Shown here in pieces: positions 37,084-46,447 of a DNA stretch of 64,000 bases. The stretch covers positions 1 to 64,000 of IMG/VR virus record IMGVR_UViG_3300025986_000001. One strand, written 5' to 3'. Source of the stretch: a virus. Lineage: Duplodnaviria > Caudoviricetes. The stretch's first letter is position 1; the number at the start of each line of letters is the position of its first letter. Below the pieces are notes generated by a model that saw only the letters and a list, made by a program, of their open reading frames with translations, did not search any database and was not told where the DNA came from. Made by a program: the position numbers and the translations under genes.

Positions 37084-37941
37084 CTAGTGGGGCACGGCGC
37101 GGCGGGCCGCGCCGATCAGTTCTGCGGCCGCGGTCCCGGTGACCGCATCGTTCCAGAGCCTGTCGGTGAGCAGGTGGTACTGGGCGACCCGGTCGTCCTG
37201 CAGTTCTTCGACGTCGCCGACGTGCAGCTCGATGTAGATCCGGTCGTCGACGATTTCGTAGGCATTCGCGGCGAAGGTATCCAGGAAGCGGTCCTGGGGC
37301 AGGATGCCGAGCCGGATGTTGGGAAGATCGATGACCGACTCCAGGCGGCTGAGCTGCCCGCGCATGATCTCAGGACTGAATCGCCAGGTCCGCAGCACCG
37401 CCTCGTCGAGCAGAACCTCGAACTGCCGGTGGGTGTCGTAGACCAGCAGGCCGCTGGACTGGCGTTCGGCCACGGCCGCGGCCAGGTCGATGCGGTACTG
37501 CTCGGTGTCCTGGTCGATGTCGGGGGTCGTGAGCGCGTCCATGTGCCGCAGCATCGCCGCGGAGTATGCCGGGGTCTGCAGGAAGCGCGGGACGAACACC
37601 TTCTCGTAGAAGCGGTAGCGGGTCGCGCTCGCCAGGACCTGGGTGTAGGACTTCTGCTGCTGCACGCGGCCGGAGAGCAGGTCGTCGTGGTAGCTGCGGC
37701 GCAGCGCGCGTGCCTGCTCGAGCATGGCCGTCCACTGCTGCAGAGACCCCGGCGGGGCGTCGACGATGCGCGCCCAGTCCCGCAGGTCGTCCTCGGTGGG
37801 CAGTTGCCGGCCGGTCTCGATCTTGCTGACCTTCGAGGGCGGCCAGCCGGCGTCGGCGGCCAGGCTCTTGCTCAGCATCGCGCCGCGCGCCGCGCGCAGC
37901 CGGTCGCCGAGTGGGTTGGCAGGGTTCGGGGTTGTCGTCAT
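37084..37941 (-). CDS. Xre HTH regulator with DUF5753 domain
   Basis: SKVSKIETGRQ, VPRFLQTPAYS, LDEAVLR, RGQLSRL. Confidence 0.85.
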   Translation of the reverse strand: MTTTPNPANPLGDRLRAARGAMLSKSLAADAGWPPSKVSKIETGRQLPTEDDLRDWARIVDAPPGSLQQWTAMLEQARALRRSYHDDLLSGRVQQQKSYTQVLASATRYRFYEKVFVPRFLQTPAYSAAMLRHMDALTTPDIDQDTEQYRIDLAAAVAERQSSGLLVYDTHRQFEVLLDEAVLRTWRFSPEIMRGQLSRLESVIDLPNIRLGILPQDRFLDTFAANAYEIVDDRIYIELHVGDVEELQDDRVAQYHLLTDRLWNDAVTGTAAAELIGAARRAVPH

Positions 37942-38074
37942 CGGATGCTTTCTGTTCCTCGGGTTGATGGGTTGGTCGGCCAGGTCGCAGCCCGAGGGAG
38001 GGGTTTGGCTACGAAATGCGACCCGGCCGGTCTGCGCGCAGGGGCAGATCCGGCCGGGCGGTCGGTGCGGGCGC

Positions 38075-38290
38075 TCAGATCAGGCCGCGGCGCTGCGCCC
38101 ACCGCTGGCCGATGTAGTCCTCGACGTCGCGGGGGACCTCAACGACACCTTCACCGCCGGGCAGGTCGATGCCCGCGTTGCCGGGCATCAGCCAGCCCTG
38201 CACCGCAAGGGTGTCGCGGTCGGTGTCGTAGACGGCGGGGCAGCCGTTGCCCGAGCAGGTCGGGGTGACGTACAGCTGAGTGAGGTTCAC
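38075..38290 (-). CDS. small CxxxxCP partner protein of the DUF6879/DUF5753 locus
   Basis: CSGNGCPAVY...VQGW...GEGVVEVP. Confidence 0.7.
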   Translation of the reverse strand: MNLTQLYVTPTCSGNGCPAVYDTDRDTLAVQGWLMPGNAGIDLPGGEGVVEVPRDVEDYIGQRWAQRRGLI

Positions 38291-38731
38291 GGAGAGGCGC
38301 CTTTCTCATCTGGGTTGAGCAATTGCTCCGATCGTCCCACCTGATTGCGCCTTTGCCCAGCCCAGGCGTCCGCTTTCCTGGCCCGGGCCGGGCAAAGGCG
38401 CACGGGGCGGCGACCTGGCCGGGACACAGCGTAGCAGTCTTTCTCGACGTTTCTCGATGTGAGATCAAGTTTCTTGACGAAATTTCTCGGCCCGGCTAGG
38501 GTTGTCCGCAGATGCCCGGCCGGGGTGGGATGCGGAGAGGCGCCCACTGCGGCCGGGACTCGAAAACTTCCGCCGCGTGCGGTAAGTGCAACAACCCCAC
38601 AAAGAACGGCCCACCCTCGATGCCCAGGGCGGGTCGTTCTTTGTGTGTGTGTGTGTTGGGGGGGGGCAGCCTGCGCAACGGTGTGATGAGCGTTTCGTTG
38701 GGCACGGCAGAGAGAGCAGCGATCCTTAGGG

Positions 38732-38785
38732 GATGAAAATCAGCAGGCCCGGACCGTAAGTGGTCCGGGCCTGCTGATTTTCATC
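38732..38785. terminator. perfect 24-bp inverted repeat ending the early region
   Basis: GATGAAAATCAGCAGGCCCGGACC-GTAAGT-complement. Confidence 0.8.
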
Positions 38786-38810
38786 ATGTAGCCCCAGCGC
38801 AGGGGCGGGC

Positions 38811-39191
38811 TCAGGCCGAACGCTGCCGATCGCGGCGCAGCCGATCCAGATTCTCCTGGCCCATCCGGACGGTGGCCACGGCGAAATCCATCGCCGAGCC
38901 GTCCAGATCCGGACGGGAGTCCGGCTGGCTGATCAACCAGACCGATCCGTCCGGGCCCACGTAGTACAGCCCGTGCGGCAGTCGGCCCATCGAGCCGCCG
39001 GCGCGCCACGCTGGCATCGGGGGGATACTGTTCCGGTACGACATGGTCACCGAACTGCGGCCGCACATGCCACTGATGGCCTCCAGCTCCACCTCCGTCA
39101 GGTGGCCGGGAACCTCCAGCAGCTGGTTGAGGCCGATAGCCGTGCCGCCGTCGCGCGGCACGTAGTAGACGTCCTCGGCCACCCCTCTCAT
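38811..39191 (-). CDS. hypothetical protein
   Basis: ATGA-coupled ORF. Confidence 0.5.
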   Translation of the reverse strand: MRGVAEDVYYVPRDGGTAIGLNQLLEVPGHLTEVELEAISGMCGRSSVTMSYRNSIPPMPAWRAGGSMGRLPHGLYYVGPDGSVWLISQPDSRPDLDGSAMDFAVATVRMGQENLDRLRRDRQRSA

Positions 39192-39511
39192 CCGTGCACC
39201 TGCACGTTCAGCGCGAGGATGTCTTTCAGGGTGACGTCGATGAAGAAGCCGACCTCCCCGATCTCGTAGCCCTGCATCAGCTGGATGCTGAAGTCAGGAC
39301 CACGACGGTGCGCCTGCTCCAGCAGAGCGATCAGGCTTTCTCGTTCGTTGTTGTTCAGCGGCCGCCAGCCGCTGACCTTGACACCGAAGTAGGTATCCCA
39401 GGTCAGCCAGATCTCCGACGGCACCGGTGCAGCCCGCAGCCGCTCGGCCTGCGCGGTCAGGTCACGAGCCACGGGGCTGACAATCTCGAATTCGTCGATC
39501 ACGTTGCTCAT
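39188..39511 (-). CDS. hypothetical protein
   Basis: AAGGAGG SD. Confidence 0.6.
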   Translation of the reverse strand: MSNVIDEFEIVSPVARDLTAQAERLRAAPVPSEIWLTWDTYFGVKVSGWRPLNNNERESLIALLEQAHRRGPDFSIQLMQGYEIGEVGFFIDVTLKDILALNVQVHG

Positions 39512-39523
39512 ATCGGGCCTCCT

Positions 39524-39739
39524 TCAGATCACGGTGACGAGGCAGCGGATCAGCAGCATCAGCTCGGCGTCACTCTCGCAGGCCATGGCGGCCTGCGAGA
39601 ACGCCTCCGCGATCAGCGGGTGCCCGGCCCGGTCGAGGGCGCCGGTCACCGTCTCGACCACGGCCAGCGCGTCGGGCTGGTTGTCCAAGTACACCTGCAC
39701 ATCGGGGTACTCGGGCTCGATGTCGACGACGTTGCTCAT
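39524..39739 (-). CDS. small conserved phage protein
   Basis: YPDVQV...ALDRAG...F...A pattern. Confidence 0.55.
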   Translation of the reverse strand: MSNVVDIEPEYPDVQVYLDNQPDALAVVETVTGALDRAGHPLIAEAFSQAAMACESDAELMLLIRCLVTVI

Positions 39740-39972
39740 GCCGGCAGCCACTCGAGCGTGCACGTGCTGTCGTGCTGGTGGTTGTTGTCGCAGGTCACGT
39801 GCCGCAGCAGGCCGGCCTTCTCCAGGTGTGTCACGGCGACGCCGATCCAGCGCGGGTCGCCGTCGTCGGTCAGTCGCCACGCGTCGGCAATCAGTGCATC
39901 GATCGTCACCGGCTCGCCGGCTGCGGCCAGTCGCCGGGCCACCTGCTGCCTGGCATATTCGCTCACGAGCAT
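39736..39972 (-). CDS. small wHTH-like protein
   Basis: GAAAGGA SD; VAVTHLEKAGLL. Confidence 0.5.
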   Translation of the reverse strand: MLVSEYARQQVARRLAAAGEPVTIDALIADAWRLTDDGDPRWIGVAVTHLEKAGLLRHVTCDNNHQHDSTCTLEWLPA

Positions 39973-40022
39973 CGGGGGTTCCTTTCGTGGTTCTCGCCCC
40001 GGGCCGGTTGGCCTGGGGAGTC

Positions 40023-40532
40023 TCAGCCGCGCGCGATGGTCCGCGTCGGTGCCGGCAGGGTCTTCGCGCCGCTGCCGGCCAGGATGTGCCGGGTGTGCAT
40101 CCGCCGGATCTCGTCCTCGCCGACCTGGTCGAGCACGTCGCGCTGGGCGTCGCGGGCCACGCACACCTCGACGTCGACGTCGCGCAGGTCGTAGACCTCG
40201 AAGTCGGCGTCCATCTCCGCGGCCACCCGGCTCCAGGCGTTGACGTCGCTCTCGCGCAGGTTGGTGTCGTCGACGAACACGCTGGTGCCGTTGGCCAGCG
40301 CGGTGCGCACGCCGGCGCCCTGCAGGCCGGAGACGATCGCCTCCTGCGCGCCGGTGCCCAGGTGGCTGCCGTGGCCCATCTCGCGCAGGTCCCGCCGGGT
40401 GATCCGCACCCGCCAGTCGGGGTCGGCGCGGACCCAGCTGAGCGCGACGACGTGCAGGCCGCAGCCGGGCAGGCCGCGCCCGGCGACCAGGACGGGCCGG
40501 TGCTTGCGGTGGGGGTTGACGGTGATGCTCAT
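40023..40532 (-). CDS. polynucleotide-kinase-like (AAA_33) protein with degenerate P-loop
   Basis: RGLPGCG(LH), RDLREM, VFVDDTNL, CVARDAQR, VGEDEIRRM. Confidence 0.75.
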   Translation of the reverse strand: MSITVNPHRKHRPVLVAGRGLPGCGLHVVALSWVRADPDWRVRITRRDLREMGHGSHLGTGAQEAIVSGLQGAGVRTALANGTSVFVDDTNLRESDVNAWSRVAAEMDADFEVYDLRDVDVEVCVARDAQRDVLDQVGEDEIRRMHTRHILAGSGAKTLPAPTRTIARG

Positions 40533-40559
40533 GATCCCTCCTTGGATCTCGGCCCGGGC

Positions 40560-40943
40560 TCAGGCCCGGGAGTTCTGCGGCGGCCGTACCAGCTGGACCT
40601 GCAGGCCGTAGGCCCGGCCCAGCTCCAGCAGCGCGGCCAGCTGGTCAGGCGCCAGGCCGTGGTCGGCGCGCAGGTACTGCACGTGCGCGACCGGCGCGGT
40701 CACACGGTCGTCGTCGGCCAGCTGCAGCAGCCGGACCACCTCGATCAGCTCGCCGCCGGTCAGCGGTTCGCTCGCGTCCGGCTCGACGGCGAGCAGCTGG
40801 CCCGGTTCGACGTGACGCACCCCGATCTTCTTACGCCGCTCAGGGTCCATCAAGGCGAACTGCGCGCAGCAGTTGCCGTGCACGGTGCGTTCGGTGCGCC
40901 GGCCGAAGGTGACCGTCCCCGGGCAGCGGTAGACGACGCCCAT
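40560..40943 (-). CDS. hypothetical protein
   Basis: TGATG coupling. Confidence 0.5.
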   Translation of the reverse strand: MGVVYRCPGTVTFGRRTERTVHGNCCAQFALMDPERRKKIGVRHVEPGQLLAVEPDASEPLTGGELIEVVRLLQLADDDRVTAPVAHVQYLRADHGLAPDQLAALLELGRAYGLQVQLVRPPQNSRA

Positions 40944-41296
40944 CAGCCGTTCACCTCGATCATGTGCTGCGGGCAGAGCACCGCCTCGAAGTCGATCCGG
41001 CGCAGATGGCAGCCGCACGGCAGCACCGTGCCCGGCAGCGGATCGAAGGTGGGCTGCTCGTAGGTGGTGTCGAACCAGGCCGGTGCCACCTGCGCCGGGT
41101 TGTTGATCGCCCGGGTCAGGTCGCGGCACAGCACGGTACTGGTGCCGAGCCGGCCGCCGGGGATGACGTTGCGGATGATGGCGTCATTGGGGAACTGCAG
41201 ACGCTCCACCTGGAACAGCTCGTCACACCAGCTGCGGAACCACACGTAGTCGCCGGAGTGCAGCGCCTCGCCGAGGCTGTCGAAGTAGCCGCTCAC
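40943..41296 (-). CDS. hypothetical protein
   Basis: GTGA coupling. Confidence 0.5.
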   Translation of the reverse strand: MSGYFDSLGEALHSGDYVWFRSWCDELFQVERLQFPNDAIIRNVIPGGRLGTSTVLCRDLTRAINNPAQVAPAWFDTTYEQPTFDPLPGTVLPCGCHLRRIDFEAVLCPQHMIEVNG

Positions 41297-41676
41297 TCGT
41301 AGATCACCTGCCCGAACAGGCCGATCTGCACGATCTTCGCGCACATCACCGGCTCGAAGTCGTAAGGGCTGGCCGCTTGATGACCGAGCAGCTGGTCGAC
41401 CTGGTCGAGGAACTGTTCGGTGATGTTGAGTTGGTCCAGCGTGGCCGAACTCTGCAGGATGCGAATCGCGTTCGTCACCGTTTCGTCGGTCAGTCTTCGG
41501 GTGCCAGGGCTGTAGTCGATCGTCTGTGGGACGATCACCCAGCCGAAGGTCTCGCCGGGGATCTTCCGGTCGACGGCGGCCCACATGTCGACGCCACCGG
41601 GCTGCATGGCCCGTTCAAGGATGTGGGAACACAAAACGCGCTGTAACACCTTGTCCAGCTGGCTGTAGGTGGTCAT
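41293..41676 (-). CDS. paralogue family B (C-terminal QxGLFGxVxY)
   Basis: Ends IVQIGLFGQVIYE. Confidence 0.6.
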   Translation of the reverse strand: MTTYSQLDKVLQRVLCSHILERAMQPGGVDMWAAVDRKIPGETFGWVIVPQTIDYSPGTRRLTDETVTNAIRILQSSATLDQLNITEQFLDQVDQLLGHQAASPYDFEPVMCAKIVQIGLFGQVIYE

Positions 41677-41873
41677 CGCACGCACACCCCGCCGGGGCAC
41701 TCGGTGCACGGCACCACGGCGCCTGTCGCCTCGTAGTCGTGGGAGTCCATGTGGTGGCAGCAGGCAGGGTAGCCGCAGAACTCCTCCTCCAGTGCGTCGG
41801 CGTGCTCCGGTCTGGTCCGGGCCGGAGCCCAGCCGGCGAACAATTCGTCGAGCGGGGTACGGGGCTCGTTCAT
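41673..41873 (-). CDS. small Zn-finger protein
   Basis: C...CCH...H...C..C....C. Confidence 0.5.
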   Translation of the reverse strand: MNEPRTPLDELFAGWAPARTRPEHADALEEEFCGYPACCHHMDSHDYEATGAVVPCTECPGGVCVR

Positions 41874-42157
41874 CGGCCGTCCACCTCCTTGGTGGCCAGT
41901 TCCAGCTGGGTTCGGAAGAAAAGCTTCTCCTCTTCGGGGAGATCTGTGGTTCCGGCGTTCTTGGCCAGCCAGGCGTTGATGCGCTGGCCGTCGCCGGGGC
42001 GCACCCGGGTGACACGCGCGACCATCATCCTGCTGAGCGCCCGCAGGATCTCGGCCTGGCGGTACTGCGCGCCACGCTCGTCGTCGGCGAAAACCTCACC
42101 AGCGGCGACCAGCACCGAGTAGCCGCCCGCGGCAGCGACAGCGACCAGTTCGATCAT
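41870..42157 (-). CDS. small membrane protein
   Basis: N-terminal hydrophobic segment. Confidence 0.45.
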   Translation of the reverse strand: MIELVAVAAAGGYSVLVAAGEVFADDERGAQYRQAEILRALSRMMVARVTRVRPGDGQRINAWLAKNAGTTDLPEEEKLFFRTQLELATKEVDGR

Positions 42158-42325
42158 CGGGCCACCACCGCCGGCAGGGATTCCAGGACGCGCTGCTTGT
42201 CGTTGGGCCACCAGGCCGGCGGTCTCGGGTAGTTGTCGGGCATGGGGTTGCCGTTCTGTGTGAGTCCAGGTCGCCGGTTGGCGACCTCCGCAACGTCCAG
42301 GTCCACCTGGGCGCCACGGGGGTCG

Positions 42326-42793
42326 TCAGCTCAGTTGCCTCCACAGCGCGCGCAGGTTGGTGCCGCTGGCGATGCCACCGGTTGCCGGGTCGTACAGATT
42401 CTCCACCGCGGGTACGACAATGCGTCCGGCTGCACGGTACTGGCGTATTTTGGCCCTGGTCCGCGTGCCGTCGACGGCGAACGGCTCCGCGCGGACCTGG
42501 TCGCCATCCTTGATCAAGCTCAGGTAGTGCGTGGGGCCGTAGCGTTGCAGCCACTGACTGGTGCCTTGAAACGCCCGGTCGGCCTGCCGGCCGATCTCGC
42601 GCAGCGAGACACCGTCGAGATAGTGCAGGTCGGCGACCGCGGCGGCGCGCCACTGCATGACGAACCGCTGCGGCACCCTCTCGATCTCTTCGAGCAGGTC
42701 GCAGGCCTCCCGCACGCGCTGCAGCGGCGGCATTTCCCGGGTCAGTTCGTAGAGCCGGTCCATGAAGTTGTAGATGTCGTCGGTCGTGAGCAT
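42326..42793 (-). CDS. HTH DNA-binding protein
   Basis: GVSLREIGRQADRAFQGTSQWL; AAGGTG SD. Confidence 0.6.
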   Translation of the reverse strand: MLTTDDIYNFMDRLYELTREMPPLQRVREACDLLEEIERVPQRFVMQWRAAAVADLHYLDGVSLREIGRQADRAFQGTSQWLQRYGPTHYLSLIKDGDQVRAEPFAVDGTRTRAKIRQYRAAGRIVVPAVENLYDPATGGIASGTNLRALWRQLS

Positions 42794-42933
42794 GGTGTGA
42801 TCACCTTCTTCCGTCAGGGTGCGGGAACAGCCCCGCCCCGCCGATCGAGATAGGCGTCTCGACCGGCGGGGCGGGTTCCCAGGAAAAACACTGCATGAGT
42901 CCGTCGCAGCCTACGACCCGACGAGCGTTTTGT

Positions 42934-43560
42934 CTAGCTTGACTTGACGTCCGGGTCCGGCCGGGCCGGCAACCGCCGGCGCCAGTCGGGCAACTTCACC
43001 CGGATGCCGTAAGTGCCCTCGGCCTCGGCGGTCAAGCCGTGCGCGCGCAGCACCGCAAGCACCCGCTCGGCGTTGGCCCGGTCCGCCTCGGCCTCACCGG
43101 GCGAGCCGCGAGGCACGAACGAGCCGTGCGCCATGACGATCTCGCCTTCGTCGAGGATCCGCTCGGCCGTCTGCGAGTTGAAGTACACGTACCCGGACAG
43201 CTGCGGCCGATTCGGCAGCTCGTTCTTCCACAGCGCCCAGCTGGCGCAGCTACCGCAGCACCAGAAGTTCATCCGAGCCAGCACCCCGGCCGCGTCCAGC
43301 TCCGCGAACGCGGCCTCCAACCGGTCGGCGTCACTGCGCCCGGTCCAGGTCTGCTGCTCGGCGACCCGCTCGTCCCAGACCCGCGCGGCGGCGGCCCGGA
43401 TTCCCCGCTCGCTGATCGCGTCGGGGTTGTCGAACGACTCCCAGGACCACATGACGAACTTCTCGTACTCGAGCAGGCCGAGCTGCAGCTGGTTGCCCAT
43501 CTGCGCGCGGATGCCGTCGGCCAGTTCGTCCTGGTCCAGCCGGGGCAGGTTGGCTTTCAC
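42934..43560 (-). CDS. DUF6891-like protein
   Basis: AFAELDAAGVLARMNFWCCGSC...YVYF.SQ. Confidence 0.7.
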   Translation of the reverse strand: MKANLPRLDQDELADGIRAQMGNQLQLGLLEYEKFVMWSWESFDNPDAISERGIRAAAARVWDERVAEQQTWTGRSDADRLEAAFAELDAAGVLARMNFWCCGSCASWALWKNELPNRPQLSGYVYFNSQTAERILDEGEIVMAHGSFVPRGSPGEAEADRANAERVLAVLRAHGLTAEAEGTYGIRVKLPDWRRRLPARPDPDVKSS

Positions 43561-43874
43561 ATGTTCTCCAGTCGGATCGTGACGTCGCCGCGGTCCGCGC
43601 CGGCGCGCCAGTCGATGGCGTACAGGTTGGTTGCCTCGTCAGCCGGTGCGTAATCGACGTGCGCGAAGTCCTGCTCGCGTTCCAGCACGCACCAGTCGAT
43701 GCCGGTGATGTCCCGGAACCCGTACCGCTGGCGCAGCATCGCCATCACAGCCTGGACGACCCCGCTGGGGGCATGCACGCTCAGGTGCATCCATTCAGAA
43801 CCGGTACTCAGCTCCGGCAGTTCGGCAGCGAGCTCGTCGAGCCGGCGCGTCTTGTCGTTCCCGACAGTTTCCAT
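43557..43874 (-). CDS. hypothetical protein
   Basis: GGAG SD; coupled. Confidence 0.55.
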   Translation of the reverse strand: METVGNDKTRRLDELAAELPELSTGSEWMHLSVHAPSGVVQAVMAMLRQRYGFRDITGIDWCVLEREQDFAHVDYAPADEATNLYAIDWRAGADRGDVTIRLENM

Positions 43875-43876
43875 GA

Positions 43877-44140
43877 TCAGTTCTCCTCGGTGTCTCGGAT
43901 GCCGGCGCCGGCAGGCAGCGACACGATGTTCTCGGCCAGGTGCAGCCGTCCGGCGCCGGCGAGGCGGCGCACCGCGGCCCGGACCACGCCGGGGGTTTCG
44001 ATCTCCAGGTGGTCGGCGAGCACCCGGACCAGTTCGCTCAGCGGCGCCGCGCCGAACTTCAGGTAGACGGCCGCGGCTGCGGCCGTCCGGTCGTCCTGCT
44101 CGGCCAGCGTCTCGATCACGCCGACGGTGGTTCCGATCAT
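43877..44140 (-). CDS. small wHTH-like protein
   Basis: VVRAAVRRLAGAGRL. Confidence 0.5.
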   Translation of the reverse strand: MIGTTVGVIETLAEQDDRTAAAAAVYLKFGAAPLSELVRVLADHLEIETPGVVRAAVRRLAGAGRLHLAENIVSLPAGAGIRDTEEN

Positions 44141-44156
44141 TCTCTCTCCTCGATCA

Positions 44157-44585
44157 TCAGGGCATGCCGCTGGTGATGTCCCAGCAGCCCACCGTGGTAA
44201 CGACCCAGACCTGCGGATAGCGCCGGGTCAGGTCCAGCCCGGTTTCGTGGGCAAGCGTGGCGTCGGAGAACACACGCTCGTTCGGCAGCAGCTCGTCCAG
44301 CGGGCGCTCCAGCGGGCCGCCGTCGCCGTGACCGATCCACAGGTAGAACCGTCCGGAACGCAGATCGCCGCAGCGCAGCTGCCGGGCCACCTCGCGCCAC
44401 ATTTCCCGGCCCTGCTGCTCGAACGCGGCGACCGGGTTCTCGATGGTGAAGAACCCGGCGTCGCGGCGCAGTTCCAGCATGCAACGGGGGCAGTTGTCCG
44501 GCGCGGTGATCGCCGCGTACCGGCCGCAGTCGCGGCACTTGCCGTCGCTGAGCCGGTGCGGCAGCACCTTCCATCGATTGATCAC
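44157..44585 (-). CDS. Zn-ribbon hypothetical protein
   Basis: CRDC...CPRC. Confidence 0.5.
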   Translation of the reverse strand: MINRWKVLPHRLSDGKCRDCGRYAAITAPDNCPRCMLELRRDAGFFTIENPVAAFEQQGREMWREVARQLRCGDLRSGRFYLWIGHGDGGPLERPLDELLPNERVFSDATLAHETGLDLTRRYPQVWVVTTVGCWDITSGMP

Positions 44586-44812
44586 TGCTCGCCTCGCGGT
44601 CGCAGCGAGCAGTCGACCTGGGTCTTGTTGTCGACGAGCAGCACCCACTCGTGGGCCAGGTACGCGTACGAGCACCGCCGGCACATCACACCCTCATACA
44701 TCGATGTCATCGGTTGCACGTTCGGCACGCCGAGATACCGCGTCGGCAACGGTTGATCGCGGGGGATGCGCTCCAGGTTGAGCAGCAGGTTCAACGTCTG
44801 ATTCAGGCTCAC
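44582..44812 (-). CDS. hypothetical protein
   Basis: GTGA overlaps on both sides. Confidence 0.5.
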   Translation of the reverse strand: MSLNQTLNLLLNLERIPRDQPLPTRYLGVPNVQPMTSMYEGVMCRRCSYAYLAHEWVLLVDNKTQVDCSLRPRGEQ

Positions 44813-45186
44813 GGGTACAGCACCTCTCCGAACAGGCCGACTTGAATGACATGGTCCACGTCGCGGACGCTCAGACCGGCGACGGGCGCGCCGGTCAGCA
44901 CGGCCAGCAACGCCAGCTGGGTCGCGGCCGGCACACCGATCTCGGCGAGCCGGCCGTGCTGGGTCAACGCGACCTTGATCATGCCCTTGTGGGCCACGTA
45001 CGAGCTGACGCAGTAGCCGATGCCGGCGATCTCCCCCCGGTCACGCGGCCACAGCCTCGGGTCCCGGTCGGCCCCGCCGACGGCGTGCTTGACGTGTGCC
45101 CACGTGTCACAGGCGCCGGGCTCGCCGGCACGCTGCGCAATCTCGTACGCCAGCTGCGCCGTCGCGTCGATCTTCAAATCCGTCAT
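44809..45186 (-). CDS. paralogue family B
   Basis: Ends VIQVGLFGEVLYP. Confidence 0.6.
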   Translation of the reverse strand: MTDLKIDATAQLAYEIAQRAGEPGACDTWAHVKHAVGGADRDPRLWPRDRGEIAGIGYCVSSYVAHKGMIKVALTQHGRLAEIGVPAATQLALLAVLTGAPVAGLSVRDVDHVIQVGLFGEVLYP

Positions 45187-45287
45187 GGTCTCTCCATCTC
45201 CGCGCGGTACACAACGGTGGGATGAGGCCGAACGCCCGTTCGGCCTCATCCATCGATGGTCCACCACAGGTACGACAGAAACGCAGC

Positions 45288-45530
45288 TCAGGAGGCCAGC
45301 GGCAACAAGCGCAGGTTCCCGATTGCCAGGACCTGGAAGGCCCGGCCGTGCGGGCAGTCGACGGACGCGCCGTTCGGGCACTCGTTGCAGAAGGTCACCG
45401 TGTGGTTGGGGTCGGACGTGGTCTGCACCAACGTCTGCAACCGTTCGGCGTCGGCTCGGGTCATCTCCACCGAGTATTCGGTGAAGTCGGGGGCGACGTC
45501 GAAGGTCACCAGGGTGTCCAGCTTGCTCAT
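45288..45530 (-). CDS. hypothetical protein
   Basis: GAGGAG SD before MSKLDT. Confidence 0.5.
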   Translation of the reverse strand: MSKLDTLVTFDVAPDFTEYSVEMTRADAERLQTLVQTTSDPNHTVTFCNECPNGASVDCPHGRAFQVLAIGNLRLLPLAS

Positions 45531-45547
45531 GATCTTTCTCCTCGTCT

Positions 45548-45616
45548 CCGCGGGCAGGTCGCCCGGCGGCGGCACAGGACCGGCGGCATGTCCGGTCCCG
45601 ACCGTCACCCGGGCGG
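45548..45616 (-). repeat. divergent copy of the intergenic hairpin element
   Basis: GTGACGGT-[stem]-GCCGCCG core between a stop codon and an RBS. Confidence 0.5.
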
Positions 45617-45617
45617 C

Positions 45618-45959
45618 TCACAGCCGGTCGACCTCGCCCGACCAGCGCAACAGCGTGGTGCCGATCTGGATGATGTCGCCGGGCATCAGCGTGATGAAGA
45701 TGCCCGGCCCGCATTTGAGTTTCAGGGCGCGCCGATGCACCCGGGTGCCGTTGGTCGAACCCAGGTCGGACAGTTCCGAGATGCCGGGGCACCCGTTGAC
45801 CGGGTTGCGCTGGACCGCGCGGACCACCTTGGCGTGCCGGCTAGATACGCAGGGGTCGCCGGTGATCTGGATGTCGCAGTCGTCGGCCGTCCCGATGACC
45901 ACCTCGTTGCGCGGGCGGTCGGACATGCGGGCCTGCACGCTGATGGACGCGGTTGTCAT
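45618..45959 (-). CDS. FHA domain protein
   Basis: IGT...CDI...VSSRHA...DLGSTNGT...LMPGDIIQIG. Confidence 0.85.
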   Translation of the reverse strand: MTTASISVQARMSDRPRNEVVIGTADDCDIQITGDPCVSSRHAKVVRAVQRNPVNGCPGISELSDLGSTNGTRVHRRALKLKCGPGIFITLMPGDIIQIGTTLLRWSGEVDRL

Positions 45960-46189
45960 GCTCGCTCCTTGATTTTTCCTGAGTGCCCCGGCAAGGGATC
46001 ACTGCGTACTTCGTCGTTGCACCTGACCTCGATGGCGCCGCGGATCACGTGCAGCGGGATCAAGTCACGGCTGGCTTGGCCGTAGTCGACGACCAGCACC
46101 TCACCGTGGACGGCGGCGCTCTGGCACGGTTTCCAGTCAGTCCAGGCCGAAAATTCCATCCAGCGAACCATCAGTGGAAAATCGTTCAT
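45956..46189 (-). CDS. hypothetical protein
   Basis: ATGA overlaps. Confidence 0.5.
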   Translation of the reverse strand: MNDFPLMVRWMEFSAWTDWKPCQSAAVHGEVLVVDYGQASRDLIPLHVIRGAIEVRCNDEVRSDPLPGHSGKIKERA

Positions 46190-46434
46190 CGCCCAAACCC
46201 GTACGTCTTCGGGTCGCAGGCGCGCTGCAACGCCTCCTCGGCCCCCGGGTTGGCGTCGCAGTAGCGCCGCCACGCAGCGGCACTCTCCTCGTCGGCCCAG
46301 GCGTCGTTGCACTGCACCTCGTCGTTGAGGAACCGCTCGTGGCAGCGCAGGGTGCACGGGTCGGCCAGCGGGCAACCGCGGACCTCGGCGCACGCGACGG
46401 CCGGGTCGAACGGTTCGGGCTCGATCATTGTCAT
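46186..46434 (-). CDS. Cys-rich hypothetical protein
   Basis: AAAGGA SD. Confidence 0.5.
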   Translation of the reverse strand: MTMIEPEPFDPAVACAEVRGCPLADPCTLRCHERFLNDEVQCNDAWADEESAAAWRRYCDANPGAEEALQRACDPKTYGFGR

Positions 46435-46447
46435 GAGGGATCCTTTC

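Noticed and set aside
45218-45255. Hammerhead ribozyme (GAUGAGGCCGAA)
   Set aside because: The CUGAUGA core and GAAA are missing; it is a simple inverted repeat.
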